DNA from: Verrucomicrobiota bacterium
Lineage (GTDB): Bacteria > Verrucomicrobiota > Verrucomicrobiia > Limisphaerales > J093
Reading direction: 5' to 3'
DNA length: 64,000 nucleotides
Assembly (NCBI GenBank): GCA_040766265.1
Contig: JAXGQW010000014.1
Span: 2,494-66,493, forward strand
Below are positions 47,107-53,954 of the stretch, piece by piece. The notes beneath the pieces are model-generated. The model worked only from the letters and a program-made list of their open reading frames with translations. It ran no database searches and was not told where the DNA came from. Position 1 is the first letter of the stretch. The number at the start of each line of letters is the position of its first letter. The translations under genes and the position numbers were made by a program.

Positions 47107-47508
47107 CTAATCTGTCTTTGCATCTAGTGAACGCCTCAAGCAGACGGAAGCAACGGCAATGATACCGCCAACAGCCAAAGGCAAAAAGTGAGGAAACTCC
47201 TTCGGATGATATTCGGGCCGGATGTAATTCATGCGAACCCAAAAATACGAATAGTAGGCGAGTCCCAGCAGCAACAGAAGGACCGAGCCGACGCGTCGGC
47301 TGCCGCGCCGCAAACAAAATGTGCCAGAAAGAACCCCACTGAAGCCAACGAGCGCAAACACCACGTACAATCCCACCTCTCCAAGACCCAAGGCAATGGC
47401 CATACTGAGGAAGAGCGCCGCGAGCGAAGTAACGAACGACACTATGATGGCGGCTACGTATCTGCCGAAAAGAGAGGCGATCTGGATTGTGCGTGGTGTC
47501 ATAGCCAT
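47107..47508 (-). CDS. Four-helix integral membrane protein (133 aa), cargo ORF 3
   Basis: ATG at 47508, with four hydrophobic helices. GC is lower than in the surrounding DNA. Confidence 0.6.
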   Translation of the reverse strand: MAMTPRTIQIASLFGRYVAAIIVSFVTSLAALFLSMAIALGLGEVGLYVVFALVGFSGVLSGTFCLRRGSRRVGSVLLLLLGLAYYSYFWVRMNYIRPEYHPKEFPHFLPLAVGGIIAVASVCLRRSLDAKTD

Positions 47509-47599
47509 CTACCGACCCGGATCACCGACCCCGCGCCTGTGACGTCCGATTTGAAACTGAGGCGCTATCGCGGGGTTCGGTGCATCCGGTTTGTTCGAC
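47507..47599. repeat. Imperfect palindrome X5
   Basis: Minus-strand reading: GTCGAAC-A-AACCGGATGCACCGAACCCCGCG...CGCGGGGTCGGTGATCCGGGTC-GGTAGAT. The stem has two bulged bases. The 3' box overlaps ATG 47508. Confidence 0.75.
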
Positions 47600-48208
47600 T
47601 TGCGTTCCGTATCTTCTTCTATTCACTGCAAGCAACAGTGCTGCCCCGACTCCTGCAAGCGGTAAAACGTGCGGCTCCGGGACTGCCAACAATGAAACCG
47701 TCCCGTCGATAGGATTGGAAGTGCTCGGCCACATCGGCGGCATGCGAAGCACGGAGAATCCGACCCAGTCGTAGTCCGAAATGCTCCCGTAGCTTGTCGG
47801 GAGGCTGTCGTCCAGGACCGAGGATCGATCGTCGTCTCGAAAAAGGAAAAAGAGCGCATTCCCATCTGGCAGCGTGGAAGCAATGCCGAAGGCGGGAAAC
47901 TCTCCGGGGTCAAGGCTCACGTTGACGGAACCGCCGACCGAGTGGAACACCACTCCCTCACCAAGAACCTCCAGAGTCACGCTCAAATCCTCGGCCAGAT
48001 AAACGCCGAGATTGGCTGCGGGATCAGTGTCGGCCCACTCATCGGAATACGAAACGTGAAGCCGGAATGAATCACCCGCATCCGCGAATGGATACGTGCC
48101 GCTCCAAGCGTGATCAATCGTCCCGTCGGCAAGGAACGAAACCGTTCCCGCTTTCAGTGCGAAGCCGAAGGCAACCGTCCAGACCAGAATCAAGGCGCGC
48201 GTTTTCAT
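47522..48208 (-). CDS. PEP-CTERM-anchored exported protein, cargo ORF 2
   Basis: 228 aa with a signal peptide (MKTRALILVWTVAFGFALKA). C-terminal VPEP..LPLAGVGAALLLAVNRRR. About 30 extra codons are read out of palindrome X5. Confidence 0.7.
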   Translation of the reverse strand: MKTRALILVWTVAFGFALKAGTVSFLADGTIDHAWSGTYPFADAGDSFRLHVSYSDEWADTDPAANLGVYLAEDLSVTLEVLGEGVVFHSVGGSVNVSLDPGEFPAFGIASTLPDGNALFFLFRDDDRSSVLDDSLPTSYGSISDYDWVGFSVLRMPPMWPSTSNPIDGTVSLLAVPEPHVLPLAGVGAALLLAVNRRRYGTQVEQTGCTEPRDSASVSNRTSQARGR

Positions 48209-48214
48209 GGTGTT

Positions 48215-48319
48215 GTCGAACGCAAAGGTCAGCGACGGGAGCCAGCCGCCGATGACGTTACATTTGTGTTTGAGCTGAACGGCTGGCTCCCGTTAGCTGC
48301 ACCGCACCGTCTGGTTCGC
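48215..48319. repeat. Imperfect palindrome X3
   Basis: Stem GGGAGCCAGCCG (48237-48248) / CGGCTGGCTCCC (48280-48291). Boxes GTCGAAC (48215-48221) and GTTAGCT (48292-48298) on the plus strand. CCGTCTGGTTCGC (48307-48319) matches the X2 end. Confidence 0.7.
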
Positions 48320-48647
48320 TGCTGAATCTTGCTCCCGGAATTCGCGAGCACGTAACAACAGCCTCCTGAATATTTGTGGCAATGTCGCCCCCTGGATAAG
48401 TGTAAAAGCCTGAACTAAGAATCTCACCATCGCTGCACACGAATCCTATATCTGTCACATTAAGTTTTGCGGTGGAAATCGCCACCCACGTTTCATCCTC
48501 CTTCTTCTCAACGATTACGGCGGCCTTTTGTCGTTGCTGCACTACCGAAGTTTCACTCCAAGTCATCGGTCGCGCTTGATTGATCGTAGACGACTCCCGG
48601 CAACCAACCAGCATGATCAAAGCGAACACAGGGGATAGCAATCGCAT
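48258..48647 (-). CDS. Small lipoprotein (129 aa), cargo ORF 1
   Basis: Inside ORF 48258..48920. I place the start at ATG 48647 (MRLLSPVFALIMLVGC, a lipobox). GC is lower than the surroundings. The last ~20 codons come from the X3 arm. Confidence 0.6.
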   Translation of the reverse strand: MRLLSPVFALIMLVGCRESSTINQARPMTWSETSVVQQRQKAAVIVEKKEDETWVAISTAKLNVTDIGFVCSDGEILSSGFYTYPGGDIATNIQEAVVTCSRIPGARFSSEPDGAVQLTGASRSAQTQM

Positions 48648-48657
48648 AGCATTGTGA

Positions 48658-48765
48658 AGCGAACGACCAGGTGAGGCACGGCGACCACAGACCCCGCGGA
48701 GGTCACCGGTTCCAGCCCTCAAACCGAGTGCACGGGTCGCCGTTGCCTCGACCGCCTGGTTGAAC
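48658..48765. repeat. Imperfect palindrome X1, fused to the left tip of unit copy 2
   Basis: Plus strand: AGCGAACGACCAGGTGAGGCACGGCGACC...GGGTCGCCGTTGCCTCGACCGCCTGGTTGAAC. TTGAAC is also the first 6 nt of the unit. Confidence 0.8.
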
Positions 48766-48939
48766 GAAGCCGCTCCGCGGCGGCGAGGAACGCCGCCTCG
48801 GAGCGGCATGTTCATCTGGCGTGCGGCCCTCTGATGATCGTTCGGCATTGTGTCCGCCACCCTTCCCGCGGCATGGTTCGGACGCCCGGCCGCCTCAAGG
48901 CGAACCGGGCGCCAAACCAAAAACTCAACTCACGTTCGT

Positions 48940-49826
48940 ATGCATAAAAAAACTCGACCGTTCACGCCAGCCTAATCCGCTTCACCGACGACCTGCGTTT
49001 GCTCCCGCTGCTGCCCCGCACCCAACAGGCCTACCTGGCCTGCGTCCGGCAATTGAGCGAGCACTTCCACAAAGCCCCCGAGGAGGTCACGCCCGAGGAA
49101 CTCCGTCAGTACTTCGTCCACCTCAAAACCGAACGTCACTTCTCCCGCTCCAGCTCCACCCAGGCCCTCTGCGCCATCAAGATGTTCTGGGAGAAATCCC
49201 TCCGCCGCCCCTGGCCCGCCGAAGTCCAACTGGTCCGCGCCACCCCAGAGTTCAAGCTCCTGTCATCCTCTCCACCACCGAGTGCAGCCTGATCCTCGCT
49301 TCCATCCCCGCCCTCGATCATCGCGTCGCGCTGACCACCATTTACTCCTGCGGCCTGCGCCTGGGCGAAGCGCTCAACCTGGAAGTCGGCGACATCGATG
49401 CCGGGCGCATGTTCCTCCACATCCGCGCCGGCAAGGGCAACCGCGACCGCTACGTCCCCTTGCCCCAACGCACCTTGCTCCTGCTCCGTGAGGGCTGGAA
49501 GGCTCATCGCCATCCGCGCCTCCTCTTCCCTGCCAAGAGGCCACAACGGCCAAGGCGCTGCCACCGCCGCCGAACCCATGTGTCGCACCACCCTGCAACG
49601 CGCCTTCCGTCTCGCGCTCAAGGCCAGCGGCGTCAAGAAAGCCGCTCATATCCATTCGTTGCGTCACAGCTACGCAACTCACCTGCTTGAGCAAGGCGAG
49701 AACCTCCGCCAACTCCAAGTCAACCTCGGTCACAAGAGTCCCACCGCCACCGTCATCTACACCCATCTGACCACCCTCTGTCGCACCCAGCATCAGAAAC
49801 GCCTCGACGCCCTCATGGCCGATCTC
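48940..49826 (+). pseudogene. Tyrosine recombinase (phage-integrase family), frameshifted, copy 2
   Basis: N-terminal SAM-like part sits in ORF 48999..49292 (TQQAYLACVRQLSEHFHKAPEEVTPEELRQYFVHLK). The core sits in ORF 48821..49690 (ALTTIYSCGLRLGEALNLEVGDID..IRAGKGNRDRYVPLP). The C-terminus sits in ORF 49398.. (HIHSLRHSYATHLLEQGENLRQLQVNLGHKSPTATVIYTHLT). There are at least two frame changes. Confidence 0.75.
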
Positions 49827-49841
49827 ACTGGAGCCCGGCTC

Positions 49842-51020
49842 ATGTCCGGGATCGGCCCTGCCGGGGCCGGCGGTGACTCGATCCGTTTCCACCTGCTGCT
49901 CCAACGCTGGGGACCGGCCTATCTGAAACGGTTCGGCACCGCCGTGCCCTGGCGGCAACGCCAGGTGCTCCAAAAGCTCCTGGCCTGCCGCACCCCCGCA
50001 CTGGGCGGCGAACTCTTCGCCTGCCCAGCGTGCGGCACGTTCCATTACGCCTATCACTCCTGCAACGATCGGCACTGCCCTCAGTGCGGCCAGACCGACG
50101 CCGACCAGTGGCTGGCCAACCACAGCAGCTTGCTGCTCCCGGTCCCTTACTTCCTGGTCACTTTCACCGTCCCGCAGCCACTGCGCCTCTGGATGCGCTC
50201 GCATCCACGCCAGGATTTGGATCTGCTCTTCGCCACCTCGGCTCAAGCGCTCCAGGATCTGGTCCGCAACCCCCAGCGGCTCGGGGCTTCCCTGGGCATG
50301 CTCGGCCTCCTCCACACCTGGGCCGCACCCTCATCTACCACCCTCACGTTCACTACCTGGTTCCCGCCGGTGGCTTGGGCCTCGATCAACGCCAGTGGGT
50401 TCCCAGTCGTCCCAAGTTCCTCGTCCATGTCCATCCGCTGGCCGATCACTACCGCACCCTCTTTCGTCAGGCCCTCCAACGCGATGCGCCCGACCTGCTC
50501 AAGACCTTGCCCGCTCGCGTCTGGAAGCAGCGTTGGGTGGTCCATTGCCAGCCCGCCGGTTCCGGTGAGGCCGCCTTGCGTTATCTCAGCCGCTACGTCT
50601 TCAAGACCGCCACGGGCGACCGCGACTTGCCCCTGCTCCCCGATGGCCGGGTGCGCTGGCGCTATCGCGACAGCACCGGGGCGTGAAGAGCACCTGGACC
50701 TGGAACCCTTCGAGTTGATCCGCCGTTTCCTCCAGCACGTCTTGCCTTCCGGCTACTCGCGTCCGTCGCTTCGGCTGGCTTCACCCCGCCGCCCGCGCCA
50801 AGCTCAATCGGGTGCGCGCCTTGCTCCGCCAGGCCCCGGCGCTCACCACGCCGAGCGTGCCGCCGGCGGCCACCCCAGCTCCGACTTCGAACCGTCCGAA
50901 CCGCTCCCGACCTCCCAATCCAAGCCGCTTTGCCCGCAGTGCCGCCAACCCATGACCCACTGCGGCTCCTGGCGAGCGGGCAACCCCCAGTTACGTCCCC
51001 CAGTCCGCGGCCCACCATGA
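49842..51020 (+). pseudogene. IS91-family-type Y2 HUH transposase, frameshifted, copy 2
   Basis: FACPACGTFHYAYHSCNDRHCPQCGQ (zinc module). LLHTW then a frame change to GRTLIYHPHVHYLVPAGG (HUH; ORF 50030..50686). ALRYLSRYVFK (Y-x3-Y). Further shifts occur before RVRRFGWLHPAARAKL and CPQCRQPMT. Confidence 0.8.
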
Positions 51021-51399
51021 GCGCGCCCCTCCCGCCAACGTTCCTGGCAGCGGCTTCGAGGCTCACCCTCCACCGGTGGCGTGTCGGCAGTCCCCGCCCA
51101 AAACCTCTACCTCACCTTCCGCCCAGCGCGCGGGCAAGCGACCAGACCAAACCAGAGACCCTTGATGGGGACTTCCAAGGACAGCAACGCGGGCCACGCC
51201 CCCACGCCACGGCTGATCCGGGCGCACCGGCTGCACTGGGCGCAGACACTTTCCTCAAACAGATCCTCGCCGACTCCGGTTCCAGGTTGGCCGCGGCTTC
51301 GTTCAACCGGGGAATGTAAAGAACGGAGGAGGCGCTTTGACCCTCAGACCAAATCACGCCCTTGCCCCGCCTCCTCCGTTCTCTACATTCCTTTGGTCA

Positions 51400-51438
51400 G
51401 TTAGGAGTCCTCGCGAAGCGCGTGAAATAACCGGGCTA
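51400..51438. repeat. Right part of the split R3 REP hairpin at the right border of the island
   Basis: GTTAGGAGTCCTCGCGAAGCGCGTGAAATAACCGGGCTA matches 13103-13141 of the intact hairpin. Confidence 0.8.
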
Positions 51439-51734
51439 AATCGTGTCGCGATCGCGACAAGGAATTTGCACAGTGCGCAGGTGACGGTGTGGGGAAGGAG
51501 GAACCAGGAAGGCAGAGCGGGCAGCTTCGACCAGCGTCGGAAGGAAGTCCAACTCCTCCAAGCCTTCCTGGCCCGATCTGCACCGGCGCTGCCAGCCCGC
51601 CCCCACCACACACATCCCCCTGCAACCACTGCTCAAGCATATGAGAAGACCATGGGCAGGCGGGCGTCGCTGCACTGGTTCCTGAATTCGCCCTTGCTTG
51701 CCAGGCATGGGCCGCGCGCGCATGATCGGCACCC

Positions 51735-53954
51735 GTGCAGTCCGCCTCGCCCGCCACGCCTCCGGAAAGCCTCGCCGGCTTGATCGAGCGGGTGACGTTT
51801 TTCAACGAAGACACCGGGTTCGCCGTGCTGAAGGTCAAGGCGCGCGGGCACCGCGATCTGGTCTGTGTGGTCGGCGCGCTCGCATCGGTTGCTCCGGGCG
51901 AATACATCCACGGGGAAGGGCGTTGGGTGCAAGACCGCGAGTATGGACTTCAATTCCGGGCCGATGTGCTGACCAGCACGGCTCCGACGACGCGCGAGGG
52001 GATCGAGAAGTACCTGGGCAGCGGCATGGTCAAAGGGATCGGTCCCGTGTACGCACGGAAGCTGGTCGCGAAGTTCGGGGAGCAGATCTTCGACATCATC
52101 GATCGTTTCTCGGCGCGACTCGAGGAGGTCGAGGGCATCGGTCCCAAGAGACGCCATCGGATCAAGGAGGCCTGGGCCGAACAGAAGGCGGTGCGCGAGA
52201 TCATGGTGTTCCTCCACTCGCACGGGGTCAGCACCAGCCGCGCTGTCCGCATTTATAGGATCTATGGCGCTCAGGCGGTCGAAACCGTTCGGCGCGATCC
52301 GTACTGCCTGGCCCGCGACATTCATGGGATCGGATTCAAGACGGCGGATGAGATCGCCCGGAGACTTGGCGTGCCGCACGACTCGATCGAGCGGGCCTGC
52401 GCCGGTTTGGATCACGTGCTGCTCACAGCGACGAACGACGGCCACTGTGCCCTGCCGGTCGAGGCGCTGAGTGAAGAGGCGGAGAAGCTGCTCTCGGTTG
52501 GTCCGGCGGTTGTCGATGCCGCCTTGGAACGTACGTTGGCGCAAGGCAACCTCGCGCAAGAGACGATCGAAGACCAAGCCCTGCTCTTCCTCCCGCGGCT
52601 GCAAAGGGCGGAAGAGGCGATTGCCAACTCACTCTGCCGCCTTGCGGCCATGCCACCGGCATTCCCGAGCATCGATCTGGACAAGGCCGTCGCGTGGTGC
52701 CAGGCGAAGACCGGAACGGAACTGGCTCCCACCCAGCGGGAGGCGCTGCGCCAGGCCTGGTCCGCCCGCGTGTTGGTTGTCACCGGCGGACCGGGTGTTG
52801 GCAAGACGACGCTGGTCAAATCGATACTGCTCATTCTGCGGGCCAAACGGGTGCGTTGCCTGCTGTGCGCGCCGACTGGGCGGGCTGCGAAACGGATGGC
52901 GGAGGCCACAGGATTCGAGGCCAAGACCATTCACCGCCTGCTCGAGGCGCAGCCGGGCTCGGGGGGGTTTCTGCGCAACGAGGCCAATCCGCTCGATTGC
53001 GACTATCTGGTCGTTGACGAGATGTCGATGGTGGACGTGCCGCTGATGCACCAGTTGCTGCGCGCCCTGCCGCGTCAGGCCGGCCTGCTGCTGGTGGGGG
53101 ACGCGGATCAACTGCCATCGGTCGGCCCGGGTCTGGTGTTGCGCCATGTGATCGAGAGCGGGGCGATGCCGGTGGCCCGGTTGACCGAGATCTTCCGCCA
53201 GGCCGCCCACAGCCAGATCGTCATCACGGCCCATCGCGTCAACGAAGGCCAACTCCCGCCGCCGCTGCCGCCCAATGCCGCCTCGGATTTCTATTTTGTG
53301 GAGCGCAGCGACCCGGAGGCCATTCTGCGCACCGTGATCGAGATGGTGAAACGGCGCATCCCGACGCGATTTCATCTCGATCCGGTCGCGGATGTGCAGG
53401 TGCTTTGTCCCATGAACCGCGGGTTGTTGGGGATGCGCCAGATCAACGTCCGACTCCAGGCCGAGCTCAATCCGCAGCGGCCGGACCAGGCGGTGATCGA
53501 GAGATTCGGCTGGCAATTCCGGATTGGGGACAAGGTGATGCAGACCGAGAACAATTACGACAAGGAGGTGTTCAACGGGGATCTGGGGCGGGTCGAGCGG
53601 ATCGACACAATCGAGCGCGAGATGACGGTGCGATTCGACCAGCGGGATGTGATCTACGATTTTGGCGAGTTGGACGAAATCGTGCTGGCGTATGCCATCA
53701 CGGTACACAAGTCGCAGGGATCGGAGTTTCCGGCCGTGGTGATGCCGCTGGCCATGCAGCATTACCTGCTGCTGCAACGGAACCTGCTCTACACTGGGAT
53801 CACGCGCGGGAAGCGGCTTGTGGTGCTGGTGGGGCAGGCCAACGCCCTGGCGTTGGCCGTGCGGAACAACCGCACCCGGCATCGATTCTCGGGGTTGCTG
53901 GCGCGTCTGCGGCGGGAGGGCGGGCTCTGCAAAGGGCAACGTTCGTCAGTTTGA
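51735..53954 (+). CDS. recD2: RecD2-type SF1B ATP-dependent DNA helicase
   Basis: 739 aa with a GTG start. N-terminal OB-like LIERVTFFNEDTGFAVLKV. Walker A VVTGGPGVGKTT, LVVDEMSMVD, LLLVGDADQLPSVGPG, AITVHKSQGSEF. Confidence 0.9.
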   Translation: MQSASPATPPESLAGLIERVTFFNEDTGFAVLKVKARGHRDLVCVVGALASVAPGEYIHGEGRWVQDREYGLQFRADVLTSTAPTTREGIEKYLGSGMVKGIGPVYARKLVAKFGEQIFDIIDRFSARLEEVEGIGPKRRHRIKEAWAEQKAVREIMVFLHSHGVSTSRAVRIYRIYGAQAVETVRRDPYCLARDIHGIGFKTADEIARRLGVPHDSIERACAGLDHVLLTATNDGHCALPVEALSEEAEKLLSVGPAVVDAALERTLAQGNLAQETIEDQALLFLPRLQRAEEAIANSLCRLAAMPPAFPSIDLDKAVAWCQAKTGTELAPTQREALRQAWSARVLVVTGGPGVGKTTLVKSILLILRAKRVRCLLCAPTGRAAKRMAEATGFEAKTIHRLLEAQPGSGGFLRNEANPLDCDYLVVDEMSMVDVPLMHQLLRALPRQAGLLLVGDADQLPSVGPGLVLRHVIESGAMPVARLTEIFRQAAHSQIVITAHRVNEGQLPPPLPPNAASDFYFVERSDPEAILRTVIEMVKRRIPTRFHLDPVADVQVLCPMNRGLLGMRQINVRLQAELNPQRPDQAVIERFGWQFRIGDKVMQTENNYDKEVFNGDLGRVERIDTIEREMTVRFDQRDVIYDFGELDEIVLAYAITVHKSQGSEFPAVVMPLAMQHYLLLQRNLLYTGITRGKRLVVLVGQANALALAVRNNRTRHRFSGLLARLRREGGLCKGQRSSV

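Larger units (their letters stand above)
48760..51406 (+). mobile_element. Decayed tyrosine-recombinase + IS91-type (HUH-Y2) unit, copy 2 (better preserved)
   Basis: Left tip TTGAACGAAGCCGC plus hairpin GCCGCTCCG..CGGAGCGGC. Recombinase and transposase blocks are present. Terminal hairpin 51301-51406 (GTAAAGAACGGAGGAGGCG / CGCCTCCTCCGTTCTCTAC). The right tip is ...TTTGGTCAGTTAG. Confidence 0.85.

Noticed and set aside
46264-49826. A classical integron (IntI + attI + attC cassettes).
   Set aside because: Between ..GKGNRDRYVPLP.. and ..LLFPA.. the recombinase lacks the extra segment that characterises IntI integrases. It is part of a repeated IS91-type unit. The boxes fit RYYYAAC/GTTRRRY only partly. 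I kept it as a cassette-like hypothesis in the findings, not as an integron call.
43734-51406. Calling intact integrase or transposase genes from the ORF pieces (for example 44901..45647, 49398..51020, 50030..50686).
   Set aside because: Conserved motifs are scattered over three frames in both copies, and each copy has different indels. I annotated them as pseudogenes pending read-level confirmation.
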